Shown here piece by piece: positions 36,976 through 50,796 of a stretch of 64,000 nt of DNA. Below the pieces are notes generated by a model that was given only the letters and a program-made list of their open reading frames with translations, was not told the DNA's origin and made no database searches. The stretch comes from Eledone cirrhosa. Its lineage: Eukaryota. Numbering within the stretch: position 1 is the stretch's first letter; every line of letters starts with the position of its first letter. Location of the stretch: assembly GCA_964016885.1 (NCBI GenBank), contig OZ024752.1, positions 41,602,001 to 41,666,000 on the forward strand, read 5' to 3'. The position numbers were made by a program, and so were the translations under genes.

Positions 36976-38429
36976 TTTGAATAAATAATGAATGAATATT
37001 ACATAATTTATCTACTAAATTTCGTTATCATTGATTAAATATAAATAATATTGTTGTTTATTTTAAGATTCACTTCTTTAACATTTTCAAATGTCAACAC
37101 TTCCGGTTAGCGATCGATTAAATAAACATACATATATTTCCGTCACTAGTTTTCTCCTAATGCAGTTTATATATAATATCGTCTTTTTTTAATGTATCAT
37201 GGATTATGTTACTGATTACAGAAGACAGTGTAACGCAGTCTTCGTTCAATTTCTGTGTATATTGTCAATTACGATATTATTTAATGTATCATGGATTACG
37301 TTACTGATTACATAAGACAGTGTAACGCAGTCTTCGTTCAATTTCTGTGTATATTGTCAATTACGATATTATTTAATGTATCATATCTACATGTATATAT
37401 ACTTGTGTATAATATCAATATGCACACTACACATGCTAGCAGAAAACCACCTGAAGAGTGGTTTTTTTCTGCTAGTAGGGTATAAGTATCGTAGGAGAGG
37501 AAGAAACAGAGAGGTACAGAGACATGCAATACAGATTACTAAATGCCAATAGCCGAAGCATGGTGTGCTCAATGCCTGGGTTAGCAGAGTTAAATATTAG
37601 AAGAGATTTAATATTTAGCGTATATATATTATGTATGTGTATGTATGTATATATATATATAATGTATGTATGTAATTTATGAAATAAACATGTACATATG
37701 AAAGCTGTACCAGTTACATAAAAGACCATTGTGACAGAATGGTAAACAGTACCATTACAATACCATTACAATCCAAAAGAATCCATACATACCATTATTA
37801 TGAAATATACCGAAGGCCAGTTTTTATACTGACAGCATCCTTGAAACTCTGCTCCATTTTTTTTTTATTACTAAATAATAAACAATAGTTCTCTGTCTCT
37901 CTCTCTCTCTCTCTCTCTCACACACTCACTCTCTCTCTCTCTCTCACACTCACTCTCTCTCACCCTTTCTCTCTCCCTTTCTCTCTCTCTCCCTCAGTCC
38001 AATTCAATGTTAGTTTAGAAAACATCTCAATAGGACACTCCAACATCAGGAAATGTGGAAATTCTGTTTGTCGACATCCTTTTATATATGTGTGTATATA
38101 TAAGTGTACACGTGTGAGCATGTGCATGTGTATGTATATATATGTGCGTATGTGTGCAAGTGTGGGTGAGCATGTGCATGTGTATGTATATATATGTGTG
38201 TATATATAAATGTGCACGAGTGTGTGAGCATGTGTATGTGTATGTATATGTGCGTATGTGTGCACGAGTGTGAGCATGTACATGTGTATGTATATATATG
38301 TGTGTATGTGTGCACGTGTGTGAGCATGTACATGTGTATGTATGTATATGTGTGTATGTGTGCACGTGTGTGAGCATGTACATGTGTATATATATATATA
38401 TATATGTGTATATATATATACTGTGTATG

Positions 38430-38720
38430 CAGGGACCTCGTTTGTCTTTAAAATGTGAAGGGGACAAACCAACATTTGTTGATTCTTAAAGGAGCATGTT
38501 AGTATTACTTATGGCCCCTTTCCCGGACCCTATCACATAAGTAAAATTTTACACTAATTAAATTTTATATATTCAAATGAAGTTCAGATATAAAAAAAAT
38601 AAACTTAAAAAGAATTTATTATATCAAATAAACAAAAAATAAAATATAGACGTTTGAAAAAGTGTGTGTGTGTGGGGGGGGGGACTTGTCCCCTGGTACC
38701 CCCCTAAAACAAGGCCCTTG
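38430..38720. mobile_element. MITE with CAGGG-type TIRs and 9-bp TSD
   Basis: ctgtgtatg|cagggacctcgttt ... aaacaaggcccttg|ctgtgtatg. Confidence 0.65.
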
Positions 38721-38885
38721 CTGTGTATGTATGTATACTGTCCAAACCATACCAGCATGGAAAAACATGGGTTGGACAGGACTTTTATTTAGGCAGTTTT
38801 CTACACCTGCACACCCTTCTTGATGTCAAACTTTTTACTTACTTCTTTTGTGTAGGGATATCATTTACCTATTCTAAAAACTCAT

Positions 38886-38926
<41 letters not shown>

Positions 38927-39749
38927 CATCATCATCACCGTTTTCTATGCTAGCATGGGTTAAACAAGCTGTCCATTTGTGAGACAAGCCAGGTTAGAGG
39001 ACCATGTTTTGCTCATACAGAACTGAACTTGGCTTAGCTTCAACAGCTGGATACCCTTCCTAATGACAACCACTTTACAGAGTGTACTGGGTGCATTTTA
39101 CCATGGCAACAGGACTAGAGAGGTTGTCATGATCTCAACAAGGCTAAAACATCTTCTCTACCCTACATAGTCCTCAATTGGCTAAATAAAACCTTACAGA
39201 GTGTACTGGGTGCATTTTATAGTGGCACCAGCACTAGAGAGGTGGTCATGACCTTGACAAGATTAAAACATCTTCTCTAACCTACCTAGTCTTCGATTGA
39301 CTAAATAAAACCTTACAGAGTGTACTGGGTGCATTTTATAGTGGCATCAGCACTAGAAAGATTTGTCATGTCCTCTGCTGGTCTAAAGAGCCCTCTCTAC
39401 CTTACATTACCTTCGTTTGATTGCCAACCACATTACAGAGCATACTGGGTGCATTTTACTATGGCAACGGCACTACTAACGAGTTCTTGGTTCTTTCAGG
39501 GCAAATGTACTCAAAAGTGGGACAAGAAGGGAAATGATTGCTGACAACAGATTGGAAGAGGAGATAGTATGATTAGGAAGGAGTGTGATATGAGGGAAAG
39601 AGAGGAAGTATAGAGGAGGTGTAGAGGAGGAAAATGAGAGAGTGAGAGAGAAAGGGGGAAGACAGAGGAGAGGAGAAAGGTGGAGAGAGTAGAGAGAGGG
39701 GAAGGCAGAGTGAGGGCAAGGCAGAGAGAGGGAAGAAAGGAAGAGAAAT

Positions 39750-39780
<31 letters not shown>

Positions 39781-40129
39781 TAATCCAATGTCCTATTTCA
39801 GATACTTAAATGCCTTGATGGCCATCCCAGAATATAATCTATATTTCACCAGGCACAAGAAAGTGAGAGAGAGTGTGTGTATGTGTGTGAGAGAGAGTGT
39901 GTGTGTGTGTGTGTGAGAGAGAGTGTGTGTGACAGAGTGTGTGTATGTGTGAGAGAGAGAGTGTGTGTGTGTGAGAGAGAGAGTGTGTGACAGAGTGTGT
40001 GTATGTGTGACAGAGTGTGTGTATGTGTGAGAGAGAGAGTGTGTGTGAGAGAGTGTGTATGTGTGACAGACTGTGTGTGAGTGTGCGTGTGAGAGAGAAA
40101 GAGAGTGTGTCTCTGTGTGTAAGTGTGAC

Positions 40130-40169
<40 letters not shown>

Positions 40170-40334
40170 TGTGTGTCTGTATGTGTTTATGAAAGAGAAA
40201 GACTATGTTCAGTTCTAGTAAATGACCAACAGTGGAATAAGGATTGGTTATGATGGACAAGAGGATCAACTATGTGAAATCTTTCTCAATTCAAACATTT
40301 CTAAGTCTCTCTTTTATTATTGGTCATGTCACAT

Positions 40335-40929
40335 CGGTGGATTGGCAGTATCGGTAGAGGGTCGGACGCCATGCTTTGACGCATAGAGTTACGGCCCTTG
40401 CCATTCTGAGTTAAAATCCCGCCGAGGTTAACTTTGCCTTTCATCCTTACGGATGTCGATAAAATAAAGTACCAGTAATACACTGGGGTAATTGCTGGCC
40501 TTGTGCCAAAAGTAGAAACAATTATTTACCAAAGACGGTGGATTGGCAGTATCGGTAGAGGGTCGGACACCATGCTTTGACGCATAGAGTTACGGCCCTT
40601 GCCATTCTGACTTCAAATCTCGCCGAGGTTAACTTTGCCTTTCATCCTTACGGATGTCGATAAAATAAAGTACCAGTAATGCACTGGGGTAATTGCTGGC
40701 CTTGTGCCAAAAGTAGAAACAATTATTTACCAAAGACGGTGGATTGGCAGTATCGGTAGAGGGTCGGACACCATGCTTTGACGCATAGAGTTACGGCCCT
40801 TGCCATTCTGACTTCAAATCTCGCCGAGGTTAACTTTGCCTTTCATCCTTACGGATGTCGATAAAATAAAATACCAGTAATGCACTGGGGTAATTGCTGG
40901 CCTTGTGCCAAAAAGTAGAAACAATTATT
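40335..40929 (+). mobile_element. Head-to-tail trimer of Deu/Nin-like SINE
   Basis: Three ~200-bp units joined by tttaccaaagac. One TSD pair attattggtcatgtca flanks the whole array. Confidence 0.9.
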
Positions 40930-41386
40930 GGTCATGTCAGTCACATGTTTCAGAAAATACAACATACCCCACTCCCTTCTAAACACCTCCCCCACCAACA
41001 CCACCACTTCACTGTTCCAGGACATACGGCTTCCTTCCTTTTTGGCCTCCTTTTCCTCTCATTTATGGCATTTGTAGTCCTTTCCAATGCTGCTTTCGTT
41101 TTCTGAATGTTTCACCAATTTATAGTTACATCAACAGATAAGGAACACAACCACAAGGATATGGTCCAAACGAGAATGTCTCTGTATGGTGAGAAAATGG
41201 GGTTCCCACATGCTGCCCCCCCCCCCCCTACAGCCCCGGTGGACAGAATATGGAGAGGGCGTTTTCCTCCTCACCCCGGAGGATGGTAAGGGAAATGCGC
41301 TGGAAGAGCCATTCCATCTCGTGAGGCTCACACCTGCTGCTGGCCAGCTCAGTGCCTATGGTGGTGAGTAGGAGTAAGGAGGTAGC

Positions 41387-41437
41387 TTAGGACCAAGGAC
41401 ACCAGAAGTCTTCATTGCCAAGGGCATGACTGAAAAC
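41387..41437 (-). CDS. Candidate terminal exon of the minus-strand host gene (VFSHALGNEDFWCPWS*)
   Basis: Unique GC-richer sequence after a possible acceptor ttgctgatag. Frame is assumed, not proven. Confidence 0.2.
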   Translation of the reverse strand, partial: VFSHALGNEDFWCPWS

Positions 41438-41459
41438 CTATCAGCAATAAATATATTAA

Positions 41460-41680
41460 CTCTTTAACATTTACATTACTCTATATTCATTATTGCATTT
41501 TCACAGAAAAAGCTTTATCTTACATAATTATCTCACATAATATCGAATCTATGAGATTTTGATATTATTTATTTTGAGAACAATACCTTAACAGCAGTAT
41601 GAGGGGACAATTACAGCCGGTTTGAACAGAAAGAGGTGAGAGGATTCTGGCCGGATATGGCCAGTTTAAATGCTAAAGGG
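41460..41680 (-). mobile_element. piggyBac-like MITE
   Basis: TTAA flanks on both sides; AATGCTAAAGGG end. Confidence 0.85.
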
Positions 41681-42059
41681 TTAAATACAGTAACATACCC
41701 AGGTTTGAATTAAATCAGCTAAGAGCTCTTGGCTAGAAAACATTTTACACTGAATGCTTTGAACTGGATGCATTTTATTGTGCTGCCATCTATAGAGAGG
41801 ATTTATGGGTCCTCTTTACCATGTGTCAGGTTTTATTTAGAGTGACTGTTCTCCTAGAAGGGTTATCTTTGCTATAGCTTATGGAGACCATGTCTACCCC
41901 ATGCAGTCTTATTTATTCCAAGTGGCTGCTCTCCTGATAGGCTGCCTTCCCTGTGGCTTACAGAGCTCAAATAAACATTTACAATATAAAAAAAAGGAGA
42001 TAATAGAGACAGGATTTTTTTTCAATAAAACAACAGAATTTTACTTTACACTGTGGAGA

Positions 42060-42440
42060 ACTCAGAGATAGTTCTATATATACTTTAGAGACCTCATAGA
42101 TAGTTCTATATATACTTTGGAGGCTGCATAGATAGTTCTATATATACTTTAGAGACCTCATAGATAGTTCTATATATACTTTGGAGGCTGCATAGATAGT
42201 TCTATATATACTTTGGAGGCTGCATAGATAGTTCTATATATACTTTAGACACCTCATAGATAGTTCTATATATACTTTGGAGGCTGCATAGATAGTTCTA
42301 TATATACTTTAGAGAACTCATAGATAGTTCTATATATACTTTGGAGACCTCATAGATAGTTCTATATATACTTTAGACACCTCATAGATAGTTCTATATA
42401 TACTTTAGAGACCTCATAGATAGTTCTATATATACTTTGA
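42060..42440. repeat. 32-bp minisatellite (atagatagttctatatatactttagagacctc)n
   Basis: Direct reading. Confidence 0.9.
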
Positions 42441-43232
42441 AGGGTTTACAATACAAAAAATTGGGGATAATAGAGTCAGGGTTTTTTTCAATAAAACAAC
42501 AGAACTTTACTCTATGGAGAACTGATAGATAGTTATATATATATATACTTTGGAGGGTTTACAGTTTTGGGGGGAAATAATTATGCCACTACACTAGACT
42601 GCTATTTGAAATGGTAATTATTTTGTCAACTTAAACTGATTGAAAGGTCAAGTAAACTTAGGCAAAAATTTTCAACTCGGATTTTCAATGTCCTCAATTA
42701 TCCAATCTAGTCTGGCAGTGTACCAACAACTTACTACTGACTAACAACTTCCCAGTATACAAACAGATTACTAATTCTTTTTATTGACTGTGGCCATGCT
42801 GGGGCAATGCCTTGAAGGGATTTAGTCGACAACAGAAAAAAAAATGGACCTTTAAAATATCGAAACTATAAGGATATAAAGAAATTGACAAAAGAGAAAG
42901 GGCTGTCCATTTTTTCCATTGTCTTTGTCTTGTGTGCCACACTTTTTTTATTACTATACATACATACATATATCATCATCATCATCATTTTACGCCCGCT
43001 TTTCCCTGCTTGCAAGGGTTGGACAATATATATATATATATCATCATCATCGTTTAACGTCATATATATGGGGGGGGGGGGCTCCATGTTTACATTTGTA
43101 TCTGTGTTTATGTTCCATAACTTAACAATTTGTCAAGGGATATCAATAAAATAATTAGGAGTCAATATGATCGATTAAATCAAGGCACCATGCTAAAATG
43201 GCAGCAGTCTAAAGACTAAAACAAGTAAAAAA

Positions 43233-43292
<60 letters not shown>

Positions 43293-43424
43293 GTGTGATT
43301 CATAATAGAGGTGTATATGAAAGCATAAACAACCTATATGTTTATGTATAATAAATATACAGAAGTCTCACTATGGGTATTTTAAGCTGTGATCATTACA
43401 GCTACATCAGTAGTCATATGTGAG

Positions 43425-43473
43425 AACACCAAACATTAATGTTTCAGGGTTTTTATCCATCTTCAGTGATGTT
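43425..43473 (-). ncRNA. Type I hammerhead ribozyme motif
   Basis: Minus strand: AACATCA-CTGAAGA-tggataaaaaccct-GAAA-CATTAATG-TT-TGGTGTT. 7-bp stem I, palindromic stem III, weak stem II, GTT triplet. Confidence 0.65.
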
Positions 43474-43890
43474 TGTTCTCTTGATATTGAAGCAAAATAA
43501 GCCACAGCTTTTATAGAGGTGATGCTTAATCTTTTGAAATATCTTATCAGGTAAAAAAAAGAAAGAAAAACATCTCAAATGAAAAAAAAAAAAGTAAATA
43601 GTCTACGAAATGACAAGACACAAATATCCCTGGAGTATCATAGGTAAATTTCTTTATTAGCCACAAGGGCACAAAAGAAGGGCACAAATACAAATGGGGA
43701 GTTTACATACAGGTATATGAAAATAAAACTATTAATAAAATAACAAATAACAATTGAAATCCCCCAATAGGGGGGGAGGGGGGGGGGCGTTACACAGGGG
43801 TTGTACACACCCTGAAAAAATGTACAACCCTCATCTCCAGGAGCACCAAGAGTGAGTACTCCCTTCCTCTCTTCCCTCAACCTACAGGCT

Positions 43891-43926
<36 letters not shown>

Positions 43927-44164
43927 AATAGGTAGTATTTTGATGGTATTAACACAGACATATATATACCCATATATACAATATTTTTATATCTGATAAA
44001 CATAGATTTAGTCTTGCTGTGAGAGTAAATATATGTTTATTATATATATATATATATATATATAACATACTATTTATAGGGTCCATACTGGCATTTATTT
44101 ATAGATCTAGGAATTGTAAAAGGTACCTAGCACACTGATGTTGATATGGGCCTCATACATACAT

Positions 44165-44169
<5 letters not shown>

Positions 44170-44206
<37 letters not shown>

Positions 44207-45100
44207 CACATACAAACATGTACTTACAGACATACATAGGTATAAATATATACACATACACATATATATATATATATATATTATATATACACACACATGT
44301 ACTTACAGACACACATAGACACAAATATATACACATATACACATATATATATATTATATACACACACACATTTACTTACAGACATACATAGGTATAAATA
44401 CATACACATATATATATATATATATTATATACACACACAAACATGTACTTACAGACATACATAGACATAAATATATACACAGACATATACATATATATAT
44501 ATATTATATACACACACAAACATGTACTTACAGACATACATAGACATAAATATACACACATACACATAAATATATATTATATACACACACAAAACATGTA
44601 CTTACAGACATACATACACATAAATATATACACATATAAATATATATTATATACACACACAAACATGTACTTACAGACATACATGGACATAAATATATAC
44701 ACATATAAATATATATTATATACACACACAAACATGTACTTACAGACATACATACACATAAATATATACACATATAAATATATATTATATACACACACAA
44801 ACATGTACTTACAGACATACATACACATAAATATATACACATATAAATATATATTATATACACACACAAACATGTACTTACAGACATACATAGACATAAA
44901 TATATACACATACATATATATTATATACACACACAAACATGTACTTACAGACATACATAGACATAAATATACACACATACACATATATATATATATTATA
45001 TACATACACATACACACACACATACATATATATTATATACACACACAAACATGTACTTAAACACATCCATGGACATAAATATACACACATACACATATAC
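44170..45100. repeat. ~65-bp (TA/CA)-rich minisatellite with catgtacttacagac core
   Basis: Direct reading. Confidence 0.9.
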
Positions 45101-45300
45101 AGTATATGCTGGCGTACAATTCGATCTGGCATATAGGTTGACCCCTAAAATTCTGAGATGTAGTTCAGGTGAAGCAGTATGCCTACTTCCACATTATATA
45201 TTCGGCAGACAAGTTGACCCCTGGTTTTGGAGAGATATTTTCAGTCTCCAAATGTCGACTTGTACGCTGGCATATGCTGTATATATTATATATACACACA

Positions 45301-45648
45301 GGGGCAGTGGATTGGCAGTATCGGTAGAGGGTCGGACACCATGCTTTGCAGCATAGAGTTACGGCCCTTGCCATTCTGAGTTCAAATCCCGCCGAGGTTA
45401 ACTTTGCCTTTCATCCTTACGGGGTCGATAAAATAAAGTACCAGTAATGCACTGGGGGGGGGGGGTAATTGCTGGCCCTGTGCCTAAAGTAGAAACAATT
45501 ATTATTATTATTATTATTCTGAGTTCAAATCCCGCTGAAGTTAACTTTGCCTTTCATCCTTACGGGGTCGATAAAATAAAGTACCAGTAATACACTGGGG
45601 TAATTGCTGGGATAATTGCTGGCCTTGTGCCAAAAGTAGAAACAATTA
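45301..45648 (+). mobile_element. Deu/Nin-like SINE with (ATT)n tail plus a second 5'-truncated copy
   Basis: ggggcagtggattggcagtatcgg head; B box gagttcaaatcc. Confidence 0.9.
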
Positions 45649-45812
45649 TATACACACGCAAACATGTATTTACATTGACATAAATACATACACACACACA
45701 TGATCAAAGAAACATTTTTTTCAAGGCTATACCCAGCATGGCTGCAGTATAAGGAGTGAAACCAATAAAAGTGAGTAAGTGTGTGTGTGTTTGTGTATAT
45801 ATAATTATATAT

Positions 45813-46104
45813 AGTGGTGGTGATAGTGGTGGTGGTAGTAATGGTTGTGATAGTGGTGGTGGTAGTAATGGTTGTGATAGTGGTGGTGGTAGTAATGGTT
45901 GTGATAGTGGTGGTGGTAGTAATGGTTGTGATAGTGGTGGTGGTAGTAATGGTTGTGATAGTGGTGGTGGTAGTAATGGTTGTGATAGTGGTGGTGGTAG
46001 TAATGGTTGTGATAGTGGTGGTGGTAGTAATGGTTGTGATAGTGGTGGTGGTAGTAATGGTTGTGATAGTGGTGGTGGTAGTAATGGTTGTGATAGTAGT
46101 GGTG
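45813..46104. repeat. 27-bp minisatellite (ggtggtggtagtaatggttgtgatagt)n abutting an RTE 3' fragment (46100-46247)
   Basis: Direct reading. Confidence 0.9.
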
Positions 46105-46244
46105 AGAGCAGACCTCAGATCACTGAAACCCACAGAGGAGATGACGAAGGACCGTGACAAGTGGAGAGATGCTGTGCTGAATAGGACCTGCCCCACCTTT
46201 GCAAACAGGGAAAAGCAGACGTAAAATGATGATGATGATGATGA

Positions 46245-46285
<41 letters not shown>

Positions 46286-46383
46286 GAGAAGAAAGAAGAA
46301 TACTGCATGGTTGCACATGGGTTACATATGATAAAAATAGTCCTTCATCAGTGATTTGCCAACCATCATTGATATTTCATCGC

Positions 46384-46429
<46 letters not shown>

Positions 46430-46442
46430 CATATCTGTATTG

Positions 46443-46508
46443 TATTTTATCTGATGAAAGCGCACCATAATTTGCCTTGGTGGCCCTTGAAATATGTATA
46501 ATAAAATA
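46443..46508 (+). ncRNA. Type I hammerhead ribozyme
   Basis: TATTTTAT-CTGATGA-aagcgcacca...tggtggccctt-GAAA-tatgta-TA-ATAAAATA. Perfect 8-bp stem I, ATA triplet, predicted cleavage after 46500. Confidence 0.75.
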
Positions 46509-46657
46509 AATATGGTTTTATAAATATAGTTTCCATTTGTTAATATATTGTATATTTACTCCAATAAACTGTTGAGTGCTTTATATCAGTTATAAAAATA
46601 TTTTTAAGCTTGTTGTATCCCAACAAATTAAATATAACCTCTGCATATATATACATT

Positions 46658-46690
<33 letters not shown>

Positions 46691-46780
46691 ATATATGTTT
46701 ATCCCGGGTTCAATCGGGGGGTAACCACAGTAAGTAAGGTACTCAATACAAAGCAGAGTATAAATATTTAATATAGAAAA

Positions 46781-46831
46781 GGCTTCTACAGGACTAGAAC
46801 TGTTTCATTCGGGAGAAATCATCAGGAAGCC
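46781..46831 (-). ncRNA. Type I hammerhead ribozyme
   Basis: Minus strand: GGCTTC-CTGATGA-tttctcccgaat-GAAA-CAG-ttctagtc-CTG-TA-GAAGCC. 6-bp stem I, full stem III, GTA triplet. Confidence 0.8.
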
Positions 46832-46979
46832 CGAAGAAATACCTATGATGCCTAATAGACAACTGATGATGGATTTTCCTAACTTCTATTTCTAATTCTT
46901 CATTTTATATATATATATCAAGGGCGGTGCCCCAGCATGGCCTCAGCCGGATGGCTGAAACAGGTAAAAGAGTAAAAGA

Positions 46980-47025
<46 letters not shown>

Positions 47026-47100
47026 TATCCAGGAAGCTCCAACCGTTAAGGTTGTCTTTTTTTTCCGGGTATGTCAATATTTATTTATAAAACAAATCTG

Positions 47101-47166
47101 TATTTTATCTGATGAAAGCGCACCATAATTTGCCTTGGTTGCCCTTGAAATATGTATAATAAAATA
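47101..47166 (+). ncRNA. Type I hammerhead ribozyme (second copy of 46443-46508)
   Basis: Identical to 46443-46508 except one stem II substitution. Confidence 0.75.
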
Positions 47167-47351
47167 AATATGGTTTTATAAATATAGTTTCCATTTGTTA
47201 ATATATTGTATATATATATTTATAAATATTTATATATATATATACACATATACATATATATATATATATACATATATATATACATATATATACACATATA
47301 TATGTATAAGACATATATACATATATATATATATGTATAAGTCATATATAC

Positions 47352-47464
<113 letters not shown>

Positions 47465-47586
47465 ATACAATAAGAGGTGGAAATATCTCTGCTATATACA
47501 CATTCTTTAGGCTACAGGTAATGTTACCATCTAAGTATTTCAAAATATATGATTTATTATATTACAGGTCTGACAGCCAAGCTTAA

Positions 47587-48083
47587 CCCTTTAATGTTCA
47601 AACCGGCCAAAACTGGCCAGAATTCTCTACCTTTTTCAGTTGAAACTGGCTGTAACTGGTCACTCAAACTGATGTTAAGGTATTGTTCTCAAAATAAATA
47701 CTTTCAAAATGTCATAGTTTCGATTTTATGTGAGATAATTATGTGAGATAAAGCCTTTACAATGAAAATATAATAGTATATATAGAGTATTGTGAATGTT
47801 ATGTGAGATATTATGTTAGGTAAAGCCTTTACCATGAAAATATAATAGTATATATAGAGTAATGTGAATGTTATGTGAGATAAAGCCTTTACCATGAAAA
47901 TATAATAGTATATATAGAGTATTGTGAATGTTATGTGAGATAATTATGTTAGGTAAAGCCTTTACCATGAAAATATAATAGTATATATAGAGTAATGTGA
48001 ATGTTATGTGAGATATTATGTGAGATAAAGCCTTTACCATGAAAATATAATAGTATATATAGAGTAATGTGAATGCTAAAGGG
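47587..48083 (+). mobile_element. piggyBac-like MITE with internal tandem expansion
   Basis: TTAA|CCCTTT...AAAGGG|TTAA. Confidence 0.85.
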
Positions 48084-48744
48084 TTAATAATTATATTGCA
48101 ATATTTCTTATGAAGACTCTGCTTATGATTTTTAGATTATTTTGAAAATAATCAAGAATTTGGAAGGGTTTAGTAATCTTACTAACTTTCTCATTATTAA
48201 GCTGATGTTTGGAACATAACTTAACAAAGGTTCTTATATAAAGATAAGTAGGGAGCTGGGTTTTTTTTTTTTTTTAGATAAATCTAAACGTTTTAAAACA
48301 ACATAGAACTAGCAGCAGCAAAAGTTTGGAAGGGTTTAGTAAATAACTAACTTTCTCATTATTAAGCTGGTGTTTGGAACATAACTTAACAAAGGTTCTT
48401 ATACAAAAATAAGCAGGGAGGTTTTGGGTTGTTTTTTTAGATAAATCTAAATACTTTAAAACATTATAGAACCAGTCTTAGTTTGGAACATAACTTAACA
48501 AAATTCTATATAAAAATAAGCAGGGGGTTTTGGGGAGTTTTTTTTTTTAGATAAATCTAAACTCTTTAAAATATTATAGAACCAGTAGCAGTTTGGAACA
48601 TAACTTAACAAAGGTTCTTATACAAAAATAACCAGGGAGGTTTTGGGTTGTTTTTTTAGATAAATCTAAATACTTTAAAACATTATAGAACCAGTGTTAG
48701 TTTCAAGTTGGTTGGTTTTGGTTGATATCAAAAGGATCAATGCA

Positions 48745-49295
48745 TGTATATATGTCTATATATATATATGTGTCTATATATATATATGAGTATATATGTA
48801 TATATATGTATATATATATGAGTATATATATATGAGTATATATGTATATATATGTATATATATGTATATATATATATGAATATATATGTATATATATGTA
48901 TATATATGTATATATATATGAGTATATATGTATATATATATGAGTATATATGTATATGTATATATATGTATATATATATGTATATATATGTATATATATA
49001 TATGTATATATATATGAGTATATATGTATATATATGTATATATATGTATATATATATGTATATATATGTATATATATGTATATATATGTATATATATGTA
49101 TATGTATATATATATAAGTGTGTATATATGTATATATATATGTGTATATATGTATATATGTGTATATATGTATATATATATATGTGTATATATGTATATA
49201 TATGTATATATATATGTATATATATGTATATATATATGTATATATATATGTATATATATATGTGTATATATGTGTGTATATATGTGTATATATGT
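48745..49295. repeat. (TA)n/(TATG) microsatellite
   Basis: Direct reading. Confidence 0.9.
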
Positions 49296-49324
49296 AGGTA
49301 TCAACAGCTGAAAAACGAACTTAC

Positions 49325-49378
49325 CATCTGCAGAGAAAAGGGAGTAGTACATCCCCGGCTACACTCCTCATTTGAAAG
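49325..49378 (-). CDS. Candidate 54-nt internal exon ([18 protein letters not shown])
   Basis: Island of unique sequence with consensus donor ATG|GTAAGT and weaker AAG acceptor. Phase 0-0, compatible with the upstream exon. Confidence 0.4.
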
Positions 49379-49555
49379 CTTTAGTAAAACTAAGACAGAT
49401 TAAATGGTGTTGGGGTGCTAGTGGGTAGCTAGAGAGGACATGGTGGTTGGTGATGGCTTTTGGGGTTGGGTCGGGTGCAGGGTGTCAGTAAGATAGAAAG
49501 GGAGGGGGGGGGAGGCAAGAGGAGGAGGCTGGAGGATAAGAGATAATGATATTTA

Positions 49556-50765
49556 GGGGGTGATGAAGGTGACAATGATGGTGATGGTAATGGTGTTGTT
49601 GGTGATGGTGGTGGTGGTGGTGGTGGGGGGGGGGGGATGTTGGTGGTGGTGGTGGTGGTGGTGTTGTTGGTGATGGTGGTGGTGTTGGTGGTGGTGGTGT
49701 TGGTGGTGGTGGTGGTGGTGTTGTTGGTGATGGTGGTGGTGTTGGTGGTGGTGGGGGTGTTGGTGGTGGTGGGGGTGTTGGTGATGGTGGGGATGTTGGT
49801 GATGGTGGGGATGTGAAAGTGGTGTTGGTGTTGGTGGTGGTGGGGCTGTGAAAGTGGTGTTGGTGATAGTCGTGTTGGTGGTGGTGGCAGTGGTGATGGT
49901 GGTGTTGGTGGTGGTGTTAGTGGTGATGGTGGTGTTGGTGGTGGTGTTGGTGGTGGTGTTGGTGATGGTGAGGATGTGAAAGTGGTGTTGGTGGTGTTGG
50001 TGATAGTGGTGTTGGTGTTGGTGGTGGTGGTGGTGGTGGGGCTGTGAAAGTGGTGTTGGTGATAGTGGTGTTGGTGGTGGTGTTGGTGGTGGTGGTAGTG
50101 GTGATGGTGGTGTTGGTGGTGGTGGTAGTGGTGATGGTGGTGTTGGTGGTGTTGGTGATAGTGGTGTTGGTGTTGGTGGTGGTGGTGGTGGTGGGGCTGT
50201 GAAAGTGGTGTTGGTGATAGTGGTGTTGGTGGTGGTGTTGGTGGTGGTGGTAGTGGTGATGGTGGTGTTGGTGGTGGTGGTAGTGGTGATGGTGGTGTTG
50301 GTGGTGGTGTTGGTGATGGTGAGGATGTGAAAGTGGTGTTGGTGGTGTTGGTGATAGTGGTGATGGTGGTGGTGGTGCTGGTGGTGGTGGTGGTGGGGCT
50401 GTGAAAGTGGTGTTGGTGGTGGTGGTGGTAGTGATGGTGATGTTGGTGGTGGTGGTGGTGATGTTGGTGGTGGTGGTGGTGCTGGTGTTGGTGGTGGTGG
50501 GGCTGTGAAAGTGGTGTTGGTGGTGGTGGTGGTAGTGATGGTGATGTTGTTGTTGGTGGTGGTGGTGGTGGTGCGGATGTTGATAGTGATGTTGTTGATG
50601 GTGTTGGTGTTGGTGGCTATGTAGAAGGGGGGGGGGGGGGGGGTTATGGTGATGGGCAGATAGTCAAAAAGATGGGACAAATAGGAGGAGGAGGAGGAGG
50701 AGAGATAATGATATTTATAGTGAAGGTGTTGGTGATGATGATGATGATGATGATGATACTGTTTG

Positions 50766-50796
<31 letters not shown>

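Noticed and set aside
37433-37475. Hairpin with CTGAAGA loop as hammerhead
   Set aside because: No GAAA / stem III / UH downstream; simple stem-loop
46863-46885. CTGATGA on plus strand
   Set aside because: No matching GAAA and stem I
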